Source of the DNA: Octopus sinensis
Taxonomy: Eukaryota
Direction: 5' to 3'
Length of the DNA stretch: 64,000 nt
Assembly (NCBI RefSeq): GCF_006345805.1
Contig: NC_042997.1
Location: 13,702,001 to 13,766,000 of the forward strand
In this document: piece after piece, positions 12,960 through 27,084 of the stretch
Layout of the letters: every line of letters starts with the position of its first letter
Numbering within the stretch: position 1 is the stretch's first letter
Notes under the pieces: model-generated
Told to the model about the DNA's origin: nothing
The model's input: the letters and a program-made list of their open reading frames with translations, nothing else
Databases searched by the model: none
Made by a program: the position numbers and the translations under genes

Positions 12960-15650
12960 CCAGAACGAACCTTACTGAGAATATATAATATATTTTCAAT
13001 ATTGTACCGATTCATATAAGCACCACATCCAAACATGGGACATAGGGACACACCTTTCAATACCCTTTCAAGAACAAGCACCATACATCACAACAGGGCA
13101 CTCCACAACAACAAGGAACAACAACAAAACAGCTACTGTCCCAATCACCTCAATCATTTTTTAAACCCAATACGCAAACACAGAGACACGAGATAGCACC
13201 AAACAGACAGGAAGAGCCAAAGTGATAAAAATCATCAATCTAACTCGCAGAGAGCTAGCAAGCAACCCAAATCAACATACACGCCAGAGGGCTCAAGCTT
13301 ACACCCACCCCCAACACCTCAATTACAACGAAATGAAAGAAGACGTCGCGGAATTCTGTAGAAAATTACAACTCGCTGAGGAGCTATACGACAAATACAA
13401 GGATGAATCGTTAGTCCGAAATAGGAGTAACTACACCCCTTTAAAAGTAAGAACAAAACTCTTGATCATTTCTGTGAAGACATCTCGAATTACCCATATC
13501 AACATATACACAAACAAAAACACAGGCCAAACTTCAGTAAAAAAGAATGGGCTGAGCTGAACAAATTAAAAGAAGACTAAACATTACCAATCAAAAGGAT
13601 GATAAAGGGAGTGCAGTTGTCTTAATGGACACGGTATACTATATAACTCTAGTACTATCCATATTAGAAGACAGAACATATTATGAAAAGGGCCAACACT
13701 ACAGTCAGCAGAAAATAATGAGAAATCTAAAATTCATGTTAAACCTATATAGAGAAGGGCTCGCCGCCAACAAGGAATACGATTATATGACCAACTTCAA
13801 AAGTAAACCCAGTCAATTCTACAGTATTCCTAAGATACACAAAACTGAGAAAATAAATAACGCATGCAAGATAGCCACAGACATAATAATCAAGGTCCCT
13901 GCTCCTAATGAGCTCAAATTGAGACCTATAATAGGAGGGCCCACATGTGAAATCTACCACCTCAGTAACTTTTTAGATATCCCCGTAAAACCATTCCTCA
14001 AGCATATCAAAAGCTACATAAAGAACGACCTGGATATGCTCAATCACCTCTCTAAAACAATAAACAAAAACACCCTACTAGTATCCTTCTATGTAGTCAA
14101 CTTCTATTCTAATATCGCTCACAGCCAAAGAAAAGAGGCAATTCAATTCTGGCTAGAGAATTACGCCAATGAACCCCCACATCGCATCAAATAAAAATTC
14201 GTAATAGAAGGGCTAACATTCATCTTGGAGAATAACTACTTTGTTTTCAAGGACAACTGCTATCGACAAAAATCGGGCACTACGATGGGTACGAGAATAA
14301 CCATCTCCTTTACTAACCTAGTCATGGGATATCTATAAATCAGTCTTTATCGTAAGGTACTAGAAAAATACGGCAACCCATTCTCCCTCTGCATAGTAAA
14401 TAACTGGAAGAGGTATCTGGATGACTGTTTCATTCTTTAGCATGAAAGTATAGAGAGACTTAAAGAATTGCAAGTACTTATAAATGGACTTGACGTAAAC
14501 ATTCAATACACGATGGAATATAGCCGTCAACAGCTTCCATTCCTCAACATCCTCATTAAGAAATCTAACAACGAAATAGAAACAGATATATACTATAAAC
14601 CCACTGACTCCAAGCAATATCTACCGTTCAACTCCTGCCATCCCAGACACACCAGAATGAATATCCCTTTCAACCTGGCAAAAAGGATCTGTACTATAGT
14701 TTCTAATACAAGCACCAGGGACACATGACTATATGAACTAATGGATACACTCATCACCAGGAACTACCCACCATCACTAACTGATATATGCTTTCTACGT
14801 GTCCTACAGTTCAACTAACACGAACTCAGACATCCCAAATTGAAGAAGGATTTACAACCGAAAGCCCTACCATACATTTCCACAAATAACCCTCTTCACA
14901 ATGAAGCCTTCGACACCATCCTCCAGAACATTCCCCTACAAAAAAGGAACCACAGAACGAATTTAATCCTCGAAACGCATACCATCATAAAGAGCAAAAG
15001 ATAGCCCAAATCTATGAAAAGTCTCCTAACACAAGCTCGAATACGCTCGACAACACTGAAGCCGTCAGTAAAAAAATGCGGAAGCCCCAAATGTGGGATA
15101 TGCGTCAATTTAATTGAGGGATCAGAGTTCTCCTTCAAACAGAGACAATGTTTCACAGTGAAAAGCAGCTTAACATGTACTTCGGAGAACCTGATATACG
15201 CACTAAAATGCTTTCGGTGTCAAGAGCAATACATAGGCCAAACCAAAAACAGTCTACGTCAAAGAATGGTTCTGCATAGATTCCAGATCAAAATTCGGAT
15301 CATACAGAAAAAAAATAGCATTCAGCGAACTCATCGACATTTGCGAACCCAGCTTCAGAATTCCCCCCCCCCTATCAATTCAAGGACGATGCAACCTAGT
15401 GTTAGCGCATTAGTAAAGAGTCATACTTTATCCCAAAATATAAACCTCTTTTGAATGCGTCCACCACAAATGACACTATTACAAGGGCCTTAGAATAATA
15501 CCCACGCAAATATTAAAAACGATATATATTCAGTACAGTCACTATTCATGAAATTATTTAGAACAATTCCGATCACAACGGTTCACTTTTATATCACTTG
15601 ACCATTTAAGAGGATTCCACCAACCTTCTGCTACTGTCGTACCACTCCCG
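12960..15650 (+). mobile_element. Near full-length degenerate Penelope-like element (RT, thumb, Cys-rich linker, GIY-YIG)
   Basis: DKGSAVVLMD, LRPIIGGPTC, YRQKSGTTMGT, WKRYLDDCFI (YLDD 14414-14425), LPFL, YYKPTDSKQYL..NSCHPRHT..NIPFNLAKRIC, KCGSPKCGIC, NLIYALKCFRCQEQYIGQT..LRQRM..H. Multiple stops and frameshifts. Confidence 0.95.
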
Positions 15651-15654
15651 CATT

Positions 15655-15686
15655 TTTCTTTCTTCTTCTTCTTCTTCTTCTTCTTC

Positions 15687-15734
<48 letters not shown>

Positions 15735-15735
15735 T
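15655..15735. repeat. Compound (CTT)n(ATT)n microsatellite
   Basis: Directly visible. Confidence 0.95.
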
Positions 15736-15974
15736 TTGCTGCCTCCTTTCTCAACTACTACTGTTGCTTAAACAATCAAAAACACGAATCTATATTAAAT
15801 ACCACTACCGGCTAGAATTCACACGAGTAAAAGAGAGATAAAGACAGAGAGAAAAACGGAAAATGTCCTTTGCATTTGAAAACTGAAGAGATATTTTTAA
15901 AAATCATTTCATTTAACTTTTCCACAATTTAATTGTTTTCCATGCTTTACTTTCAAACTCCAATGATCCACTTC

Positions 15975-16431
15975 TCAGTGTTAGCTAAGATTAGTTTCGT
16001 TTCAGTTCAGTCCATTATCACTGAAGTTTTGGGTACGAGACGCTTGTCTGCCAAGTTTGAGTCAAAAACTACCTCCACCCGTCCAAAAGGGTACTCAGTT
16101 TTCAGTTGCACAAGATCTTGATTGTGCACAGAACGATGAAAATGTTTTGAAAATTTTGCGTAGGCTTCTGAGCAGGTATCGCCAAACTTTTGGTAAAATG
16201 TGATGCAGACTCTCTGCTCAACGTTCTCTATCATGGTCAATGCGATGATCACGCGCTACACACGTTCCTTCTAGGCACTGCTGTAAACAGCGGAAGTGAG
16301 CTAGAATGTTAAATTTCAGTGCTCATGAAGAGCAGAGTTCAAGGTCAATCTATGCTGAGAGACTTCAGTTTGCGTGCTTTAGTTTCGTTACAATGACAAC
16401 AGTCCGGATACTTATTGATCAGACAATGTAT
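15975..16431. mobile_element. Fold-back Tc1/mariner derivative, partial copy
   Basis: Minus strand gives EQRVCITFYQKFGDTCSEAYAKF; plus strand gives LGTRRLSAKF...AQDL.DC..NDEN. TIR ending in TA at about 16430. Confidence 0.85.
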
Positions 16432-16749
16432 ATGTTGTCACCCATCTTGTTATCATAGAGCGCATTTCTATAGTTTGTCTTAGATATTCAAATACGGCTG
16501 TTGTTGATCTTAAAATTGTATATTTGTTCATTATCACGTTAACATTGGTAATCTTTTAAAAGATGATGTTCTGACATGGCCTTTAGAGCAGCTCTTTGTA
16601 TTACACTTTTAATATATTGTATCACTATCGTATCCATGCAGCTATTAAATGTTAAACATTTATATTAATCCGAAATTATTTTTTAATCAATTGCTTTTGT
16701 AAGAGCCGTTTCAATCTCCTCCAAATCCGGATTAATGTTGCATTGTGAA

Positions 16750-17950
16750 ATTTCAAATATCTCTAAATATTAGAGTATACTTATAAAATGATACCTGAGG
16801 GACACAGTATCACTGTGTAGGTATTCCAATGAAGTGACCACATTGTGGTTTGCACATTCTTGTTTAACGTTTTCCAAAGTGTTGTATAGCTGAAATCAAA
16901 TGTGATTTGTACACTAAAATACAGCAAAAGAATTTCTATGCAGGATTTTTCCAAGATCTCTGATACGATCAGTCTATGCATGTTATGTCTACTGTTTGAT
17001 GCATTATAGGATATTGATGCATTATAGGATATTGAACAATTATTTCACGGACTATCTGAAATATGAAAACATCATGATTGCTACGTCATTTTATCGAATG
17101 TAATTCAAGGAAAAGTTGAGGGGCCATAAGGTACTGTTCTAGAATTTCAAATACTTCTATCATGCCTTGAGACTTTTTAAAATTGTAAAGTTGGTTCTTC
17201 TTGACATCTAAGTTGACGGAACAAATGTTCAGATTCAAAGTAAAGGAATGTTTTTACAAGCCAGCAAGAAACTTAAGTGACACCTAATTTTATCAGTTAT
17301 TAACTGCAAACATGTTTTAACTCTTTGATGTCCGATGCATTCAATTACAGACAGAAAACAGCGATTTATGTTGCTCGAGACACCCAAATCATACAAACCA
17401 TGAAGTTTATCTGTGTCTAAGTTGCCCTATTCAGTGGAGTTATATACTAATCGAACACAGAATGTGTGACGTTAGCCAGCTAGAGAAAATGTCTTCTTGA
17501 AGCTATAAACGTCAGTAATAATATCCAGTATAGGACGCCACTCTTGGTTGGCAATTATATGTTACTTAGACATCGCTATTCTGCTGGAGCAAAAATTAAA
17601 AGCTTCCATAAGATACTCCAGTATAGAACAAAGATGCCTTTGACTGCTTTTCTTATTAATCTAAATACTTCTTTCGGGAAGGAATGTATATTACATCATC
17701 CAGTACTTGTTCCTTCAGAAATGTAAAGGTATTTAACATCGTCAACAGAAACAAATATTCAAGTGAAATATGTGGTATCATTAAAGAGTTGCAAAGTGAG
17801 TCGAGTTATCGTCTAGCATTTAGAATTTTAGAACAAATTAACTTCCCACTCGTTACTGGATTGTTTAAGACAATCATGAATGTCACGCAACCTCGTTTTG
17901 TTGATCTGAAAAAAAATTTGGCCTAAGAATAAAATTAATATTCATTCTGT
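16750..17950 (+). pseudogene. Possible highly decayed LINE reverse transcriptase
   Basis: QDFSKISDTIS resembles DFSKAFD, and GKECIL may correspond to the QGCILSP motif. Many stops. Confidence 0.3.
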
Positions 17951-20469
17951 GAAATTCGCAAAAGATATTCAGTCATATCCGACATGATAGATTTGAAACT
18001 TTAACGAAAAAAGAAAAAAATGATAAAACAATGTCTTGCAGGTATGATACTATTAATGAGGGTGTTGATTTTTCTAGTTAATTTTCATCTAAATGAGCAG
18101 TTTTTAAACTTTAGTTCTAAATACGTTCTGGGGCAATATTTGTTTTATCTTCTGGTAGCGTTCCTAAATGGGTGAAGGAAAAGAAAACAAACCACGCAAG
18201 TTTTTAATTACAAAAGTTAAACATCAATCAGTTCATTTATAATATATGTTGGAAATAATTACTTTCAACATTTAGAGAGAGAATCGAAAAGAGAATGAGA
18301 GAAAGGAAGGGTATGGCATAGTAAGAAAAGTAAAATAAGATAGAGATGTCGTCATTTCCAACTAAGTTTACTAAACATTCAGTTCATTTGGCTTAGAAAA
18401 GTACAGAGATATAAATACCACAAAATAATATCTGTAAAATAAAAAAAAATCCTCCTGATGAAAAGATAGCGATGGAGTATGCAAAAAGACAAATGTAAAT
18501 AAACATAAGTAAAGGCTTCGGAAAACAGGAAGGTGGAGGGACAAAGCGAAATTAAAGTAAAATACAGAAATTGAATGATGTAAATATAGATGTTGACTAT
18601 ATGTCATGGGGCAAAAAAAAAGGAGACAGAGAGATACAGAGAGAGAGAGAAAATGACTAAATTAATTACTGAATAAGTAGATTCAAAAACTAAGAAAGTA
18701 ATTATATTGGTGAGAAAGATGAAATGAAAGAAAAGTTAAAATCATGTAGAGAGTAAGAGGGAAAGTATTTGAAAAATGGAATTTGTTCTATAGACTGTGC
18801 GGTTTCGAATACTGACCGAACGAATTATCCAAAATAATTGAGTTAGTAAGTAATTATTGCATTGGAATAATGAAGGAAGTGGAATATATTTGTCGAAAAT
18901 TAACTTAAGAAAAAAATTGCAATGAAAGGGAAAGAGAGCATAATTTTGTTATCTCTGTTTTATTTTTGTGTTGGTGAGAAATTAATTCATATTGACTTCA
19001 AATTTTGGCATCGGGCCAGCAATTTCGAGGGAAGGAGTAGGTCAGTTACATCGATCTCAATGTTCAACTGGCACTTATATTATCGACTACACAAGGAAGT
19101 AGAGCTAAGTCTACCTCAGCGGAATTTGAGCTGAGAAGACATTCGAAATAGCCCTCAGCATTTTTCCTGGCGTGCTAACGATTTTGCCAGCTCACTGAGT
19201 TTATGGTGAGAAATGAATGTTAGAAAAGAGGAACAAAACCTGAAAAACAGAGCTGTAACTACAAAGATAGAATTATAAATATATTTCACCATGGCACATT
19301 GAAAATTAATTGAATTGGGTTAAAATCAAAAATAGGAACTCTCGGGCATAGAGGTCTAATTGAGTCAAGTATGCAAGTCAATGAGATGATTTTTACTTAT
19401 TCATTCCCCAGTCTACTTGTAACAGCCAAATTTTCCCTTCAGAACAATTGCGCGTAATTTATAAATATTGGGGCTACAAACTTTATGCAAAAAAGTGTAT
19501 ATAAGAAAAAGATATATTAAATGAGTATTTTTTTGTAAATCTTCATGCTATAATATAAATGTCTAACTTCCAAATCCTCCTCACCTTAACTTGTCATCAT
19601 ACTTGTCTCCCGTGTGACTGCTGTCCACCTGGGGTACACCATGTTTAAACATACTGTTATCACAGTTTTTAAAATGTCAAAAGAATTTGGAAAAAAAAAA
19701 CAATAGAAAAAACTTCCTTCATCTGCCAATAACCAATTTAGTAAGAGTGAGTGTGATAGACTGGGGAAAGAACATTGCCAATTGAAACAAACATAGAGGA
19801 TAAAAGATACGGTGAAATTCCACTCAAAACTCACACACAGAGGCACGGCACATACGAGAACAAATTTATTTTCATTACAATATATATAGTTGGTTCAATA
19901 AGGGAGAGGTTCGATGTGCCGACAAGTAAACATCAGTAAGGGCATAATCTTGTATGTACTATCTTGCCTTGGGCCCAGAATGTACCAGTTAGGATATAGA
20001 AACGTGTGCGTATATGCGGTAGATGTGTATGTAGTATGTGGTTGGGGTGTACGTTATGTATATGAGTGTGTGGAAGCCAAACTAACAATATTTTTTTAAA
20101 TTTATAAAAATAAACTTTTTTTTAAATAACAAAGATTTAAAGTTTAAAATTGAAAGAAATATTTTAAATATAAAAAATTTAAGAAAAATTTTAAATGATT
20201 TTAAAATTAATTTTAAAATGTAATTGAAAAACTTACATTTTAATTCAAAAAATTAAATTATAGAAAACTGTTTAACATTTAAGGCGGTGCTCCAGCATGA
20301 CGGCAGTCAATATGACTGAAACAAGTAAAGGAATAAAAAAGTAAAGGAATTTTAAAAGATTTTAAATAAAAATTAAATTTTAAAGATTACGTAACAAAAT
20401 AAAAATAATTAATTTTAATTAAATTAAAAGGAAATTAAGATGAAAAATAAATATATTGAAAAATAAGTA

Positions 20470-20750
20470 AAAAATGAAATAAAGGGAGAATGAAAGTGGA
20501 ACTTTTACAAGAATGAGGTGTTAAGTCCAACCGATACATGATTTCGAAGAGAGATGTAGCATTGACGAAGTCTTGTGGTGCAAGGTCAAATCGAGGACAC
20601 TGAGATGTTCAGCGGAGTGTTTGTAAGTACGAAAATGACAGATGACGGGGGTATATTTTTGGAGGCGGATATACCGTAGACGCTCAGACTGATCAACATA
20701 TAAAGAATTGCAAAATTTGAGGTAATAGATAATGCTAGAAAAGATACAAG
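20470..20750 (-). mobile_element. Possible decayed PLE RT/thumb fragment
   Basis: HLSVLDLTL (cf. LPFLD) followed by LDLTPHSCKSS (cf. YL.F.SCHP..K.SI). Confidence 0.4.
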
Positions 20751-20759
20751 GGGCCTTTG

Positions 20760-20897
20760 CCTTGTTTCTGCCTGTTTCTGTCTCTCTTGTTTACTCTTAA
20801 TATGAGCCTGTTTGCTAGAAGGAAGTGTTAAGACTCTCCAAAGCCACGCATTTCTCACAAGAGTAAACAAGAGAGACAGACACAGGCAGAAACAAGG
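20760..20897. repeat. 39-bp inverted repeat with 60-bp spacer
   Basis: Arms 20760-20798 and 20859-20897 differ at one position. Confidence 0.9.
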
Positions 20898-21112
20898 AAA
20901 ATGTCCCTTATATTTGAATACTATGCAAATATTCTTTTTAAAAACTTTTCTTTTAATTTTTTCCAAATTTACTTGTTTTCCATACTTACAGTTGAAAAAG
21001 TCTCAATGACTGAAACTGGTACTGAAATGTTTTTCATAAAATTATTTTAACATTTTCTACCTTGACATTTTTCCATATACATCAACTCGTGTGTTCCTTT
21101 TCAACCTTCTAC

Positions 21113-21198
<86 letters not shown>

Positions 21199-21332
21199 AG
21201 AGTTACGGAATTGAGTATGGGAAATTATCTTTAAAAAAAATATAAATTGGCCAGCAAACATAAACCAAATAAGCAAAGTATATATTAAAAGTCAGGGTAC
21301 AATATAAACCTGTTTGCTAGAAGGAAGAGTTA

Positions 21333-21565
21333 AGGCGGCGAGCTGGCAGAAACGTTAGCACGCCGGGAGAAATGCTTAGCGGTACTTTGTCTGCCGTTAC
21401 GTTCTGAGTTCAAATTCCTCCGAGGTCGACTTTGCCTTTCATCCTTTCGGGGTCGATAAATTTAGTACCAGTTTACGCACTAGGGTCGATGTAATCGACT
21501 TAACCCCTTTGTCTGTCCTTGTTTGTCCCCTCTATGTTTAGCCCCTTGTGGGCAATAAAGATATA
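21333..21565 (+). mobile_element. SINE family A, full-length
   Basis: 14-bp TSD agaaggaagagtta at 21319-21332 and 21566-21579. Confidence 0.92.
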
Positions 21566-22070
21566 AGAAGGAAGAGTTAGGACACTCCAAAGCCACGCAT
21601 TTATCACTATTTTTTTAGTATATTTGCTACATTCTCCGTGCGTATATTGTGCGAGATGCGTGACTTTGGAGCGTTTTAACCCTTCTTTCTAGGAAACAGA
21701 TCCATATTGTGACCTGGCTTTTTTTTTATATTTTGCCTATGTGGTCATGTTTTGCTGGCCACTTTATCATTTTCTTTTTAAAGATAATGATAACTTGTTC
21801 GAATTTTGAATTTATATATATACACATACGGATATGTTTACATGCATCTAAACACATACTTATATGTATGTATCTAAACACATAATTATATGTATGCGCA
21901 TGAGTATGTGAGTGCGCGTGCGCATATTTTTATGAATTTGTGTAAATGAGGCGTATTGATATGCACAAAGCATTTCGAATATTTCAAATAATTCTCAAAT
22001 CAACTTTTGATACTTCCGTTTATAAATGTGCTTATACACACACACACATGTATATAATACGCACATAAGC

Positions 22071-22103
<33 letters not shown>

Positions 22104-22408
22104 ATATAAGGTAGATAGAGGAAGAGTTCGACGGGAACAGAAATGTTGATATAATGTAGGTATGTATATGACCATAATTGTCTATCTATCTACATATCTA
22201 TCTATATGTGTGTTTGTGTGTGTGCGTCTGTGCGTATGGCTACGAACATAACTTGTGCGTATATATATATATATGTATTTGTGTATAAATGTACCTATAT
22301 ATATATATACATATATATAAATATATACATGTACATAAATGTGTATATATATATATATATATATATATGTACATAAATGTAAATATATATATATATACAT
22401 GCACATAA

Positions 22409-22439
<31 letters not shown>

Positions 22440-23556
22440 CGTATATATACAATATAAATATTTAGGCACCATTCAGTTTTGTATAAGTGACGCGTGTGTA
22501 TGCTTGTATGTATATCTATAGATGTTTGCGTATGTTAGACAGGGAATTGTTTGAGAACCTAAGGTATATTGTAAAGGAAAGTGAAAGAATGCAATTTATC
22601 GTTCCCTATCATCAATAGCTATTTAAACAGAATATGTTTTGTTGTCTTTTGGTTTCTTTAGATGAAATTTATACAAGAAAACTGAAGCCAGAATACTTTC
22701 TGAAACTATAGATAATTTGCGAATTTTCTCCATTTTCTATTTCCTATTTTGTTTTTTGCTTCTTCTTTTTTTTTCATTAAGAAAAAAGCGGGAACATAAA
22801 TGTAGAAAATGAGATATTTAACACAAATATTTTTGAACGAAAAAACATTGTCATGAAAAGAAATGTAAACTTTAGGATTTTTTTTCCATCATGTCCCTAT
22901 CATCATTTCAGTTTTTAGTTATAAGCATTTTTACACGCATTTTGTCAAATTTTCAATTTTTTTTATTCGTATATTTTAATATGCCTTTTGATATTATCTG
23001 TTATTACTTTAGTTGTATGCGGTTGAGTGTTGTGAGGTAGATAGTTAAGTTGCAACTTAGTAAAGTTTAGGAGCCGATTTCTATTTTCCATTGTTCCCAT
23101 TTTATTTTTTCTCACAAGTCTTCCATATATTTTTGTGTTTTCGAACCAGTTTCTCATCATACATGGAGAGAAATAGAGACTAACAGAAATTCTAAGACAT
23201 AGAACTAAGATTTTATAATTTGCTTTCACTTTCTGAGATCTCAGGTATAATCCCAAAGGGTTCGATTGCATTTTCGTTTTTCTAGGATTAAAAGAGGAAA
23301 TATGGTAGTTGAAGTACTGTCTTTTCCATATTGAATGTCCTGAAATTTCTCAGTTCAAATCCCACGCAGATCAACTCCCTTTTTCATGCTTCTGAAATCG
23401 ATTAAATAAAGTACCACTTAAATATTCGATTCATTTAACCGACAAATACTCTCCTCATAAAATCCAGGCCGTGTCTCTAAATTGAAAATGATTTCAACCA
23501 GAACTACAATTACCACCACCACCACCATTACCAGCACTACTAATGCTGGTGTTGCT

Positions 23557-23781
23557 TAAGGCGGCGAGCTGGCAGAAACGTTAGCACGCCGGGCGAAATG
23601 CGTAGCCGTATTTCGTCTGCCGTTACTTTCTGAGTTCACATTCCGCCGAGGTCGACTTTGCCTTTCATCCTTTCGGGGGTCGATTAAATAAGTACCAGTT
23701 ACGCACTGGGGTCGATATAATCGACTTAATCCGTTTGTTTGTCCTCTCTGTGTGTAGCCCCTTGTGGGCTGAAAAGAAATA
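23557..23781 (+). mobile_element. SINE family A, full-length
   Basis: 16-bp TSD taa(t/c)gctggtgttgct at 23541-23556 and 23782-23797. Confidence 0.92.
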
Positions 23782-24039
23782 TAACGCTGGTGTTGCTGAT
23801 GGTGATGACACTACTGTTGTTGTTTTTTCTTTCGTATTTCCTATTTCATATCCTGTTAGGCCAGACGCAAACTATAGGCTTTAGGCACAATAGGGCAGAT
23901 GTCACTTCATTGACATCCCACTCAATAACATGTGTACTATTCTAAGTATTCTAAGTATGTGTTCTATTCTAAGCAAACATATTGTTCGACCGAGAATTTG
24001 TCAGGTTTGATTGCTTTTATTCTCTCTCCCAGTGTTGCT

Positions 24040-25480
24040 GAGCATACCCCAGTGGATGATACCATTGTTGTCAGTGGCTATGTTGAGCTGATGTCCATTG
24101 TCTTGTTCTTTGAAAAATGTACACCGCTTTCATGTTGTGCCGGTAGATATATTCGGGCATCGCTGATTTCAGGCTTCAAGAAATAATGTAATCGATAGTT
24201 TTTTCTAAGTTTCCACAAATTTTACAGTGTGGATTTCTTAATACTGTTACAGAGATATATTCCGGTCGTAAGTCTCTGAATAGATAACGTAGTTAAAATG
24301 CACAACAGAAAAATCCTCAACTTACACATACTTTAGCTAAATAAATCCCGCTGAGTGTCACGTATCCATTCATGCCGATCTCCTTACTTTATTTTTGCCT
24401 CGTTTAGTTTGATGTATGCTTTGTCACATCCATGGCCCTTTTCACCTATTCAATAATTGATATAATCATATGAATCGATGGTAGACATTCAATTGAAGTT
24501 TTCTTAAATTCTGGTTTCCGTTACCGTTTTGATAAGCGTATCGAATTGGTTTTCTGACTCGGTAAGCAGTTTTAGGTTGCCCATGAAGAAAAGATGGGTA
24601 ATCTCTGGAGATTCATTTCGAAGTTTGTATCCAGTCTTTGTTCCTTGTAATTTGATTGATAATGATGTCAATGCTAAGAAAGGGTTCAAAAGTAAATGGA
24701 GTATCTTTCGACAATGCTCAATTTAAAAATGAACAGAACCCAGATATTTAATTTCCAGTCTACAGATTTGTCTTCCATTGTGGTAGCTAAACCCCATGAC
24801 ATTAGTATCATATTCAGCATTGCCAAACATTGATAGTCACTTAAACAACCGTGTGTGGAGTACCACAACATAGGCTTTTTAAACATTCACCTATGCCATA
24901 CCGTATTTGGTACATTGCTTCTTGCAGTTAACGTTGGGTTGCAGATTCTATTCTGAGTGTATATTTTGTTCCATACGACTCTTTCCAGCATTCTTTTTTA
25001 TACACAGGCAACGGATCATTTACTAGTAGCTTTTAAGCTTTCTCTGCAGTTATCCATGATGAGCTTTTACGTCAGGTCTGAGTGCACAATTGGGCAGTAC
25101 TTTGCTACCACTGTAACTTTATTCTCATCTTTTAGGATAAGATATGTTCTCTCATCCATCCCTATGGATAATTTTCCATTACAGAGAGATTCATCAAAAT
25201 ACACTCTTATTTACGCATATAGGTGGGAGAAGTTCTTCAGTCAAAAACCTGGATCCCATCAGGACCAGGTACTAATTCGGCAGCTTACCTTATTTGTTCT
25301 ACAATATCTTCTATTGTTACTTTGTTTTTTATATCTGTATTTCCTTTAAGATGCTTCTTTCTAATTTCATTTCAATTTCTTTAATACATCTATCGTCACT
25401 TCTGTACAACTCCCCAAATATGAGTCCAGATCCTGACAGTTTCCTTTAGCTTTTGTAGCAGCATACATCCATTTTCTCCA
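24040..25480 (-). mobile_element. Decayed non-LTR retrotransposon RT, R4/Dong-like
   Basis: KAYVVVLHT (cf. KAYDMVPHSW). FLALTSLSIKLQGTKTGYKL...ITHLFFMGNLKLLTESENQ (cf. ISHLLYMDDLKL). Confidence 0.7.
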
Positions 25481-25905
25481 GTTACATTTCCGATCATTTG
25501 TTTTAGGTTATAATTATATTTATTGCTGCTGTTGTAATTGAGCTGGCACTATTGTTAGAAAGAAAAGCATTGCATTATTCCGGAACTTTACGTTCTGAGT
25601 TCAAATCCCACTGAAGTCAAATTACCAAATCAATCAAAAACAGGAATCGATTACCTTCGATAACTCTCCCCCATTGGGCCTTGCACTTATATTAGAACGA
25701 AATACATCTATCCTAGTTTATCCATGATGCCTGTTCACTGATCCAGGATAACACGGTAGGCTCATTGTAAATCGATTTACGCGTATCACGAATTGATCTG
25801 TGATTACACAGGTTAGCGATAAGGCAAAGATGTTTAAACCGCAAAATCACGCGATAAACGAGGAATGATGTATTATTGTTTCACTTTTATCCATGAGGTG
25901 TTGCT

Positions 25906-25927
25906 GTAGTAGTAGTAGTAGTAGTAA

Positions 25928-25988
<61 letters not shown>

Positions 25989-25990
25989 TG
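25906..25990. repeat. (AGT)n microsatellite
   Basis: Directly visible. Confidence 0.95.
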
Positions 25991-27084
25991 TTCTACATGT
26001 TGTTATTGTATATATAAAATATGTAAATGCTTGTGTAAGAAAAAACGAGATAAGATATAAAAAAAATAATAAATTATATGTTGGTGTGTTGCGAGAAAGA
26101 CTGGCGTCAAAAAACTAGTTTTTGTACGGCTATTTAAGAAATAGAAAATTCTGTAAATAAGGCAAAATACTAAAAAAAATATATAAAACCTTGCAGTTTA
26201 GTTTGTAAAAAAAAGCAAACAAGTAAAACATTTTTTTTTACGATTAAAAATTAAGGACTCAGATATTTAACCCAATAGTTCATCGCTTTTACGTAAAATG
26301 TGTAAATATTTCAACGTATTATTAACTAGCTCTGTTTATCTATGCATTTCTCGCTCGTTCGCTCTCCCTCCACGGTTTCTCTCCCCCTCTCTCTCTCTCT
26401 CTCTCTTTCTCTGTCTCTCTCTATCTCTTGCTTTCCATCTTTTCTTCTTTATCTCTCTACACTTACTAACACACACACATGCGCAGAAACACACAAACGC
26501 ACACACATATGTCATCATTATATATATATATATATATATATATCATCCTCATGACACACACATATATATATCATAATGTAATGTAATACAATACAAAATC
26601 ATATTATATGTGTGTGTGTGTATTTATGTAATCCACTAAACCTTCACCGACATAAACCAGGTCCTCTGCTTATATTAAAAACAATCATCACCATCATCAT
26701 CATCATCATCATCAATAAGGCGGCAAGCTGGCAGAAACCTTAGCATGCGTGACAAATTCCTGGCGGCATATCGTTTGTGTTTGTGTTCTGAGTTCATATT
26801 CCACCAATGTTGAGTTTGCCTTGCATTCCTTTGAGGGTCAATAGAATATGTATCAGTCGAACACGGGGGATCTGTGTAACCAAGTTGCCCGTCCATCAAA
26901 ATTTCAGGACTTGTGCTAATACGAAAAAAAGAATTATCAGCATTATTGACACGGCGTTAATTTGGTGAGCTGCCAGAGCTGTTAGCATGCTTGACAAAAT
27001 GTTTGGCGACATTTCATCCGTCCTTACGTCTACAGTTCAAATTTGACCGTGGTCAAAATTCATCCTTTCGAGGTTGATAAAAAT

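Noticed and set aside
15535-15590. Expected HHR at the 3' end of the 13-kb PLE
   Set aside because: Only TTCATGA and no GAAA; too degenerate to call.
21333-21430. tRNA gene
   Set aside because: A/B boxes belong to SINE heads; no cloverleaf, and the sequence continues into SINE body with TSD.
22682-22722. HHR-like ctgaagc cagaa tact ttct gaaa ctatag
   Set aside because: A9 is missing, there is no NUH after stem III and no convincing stem I.
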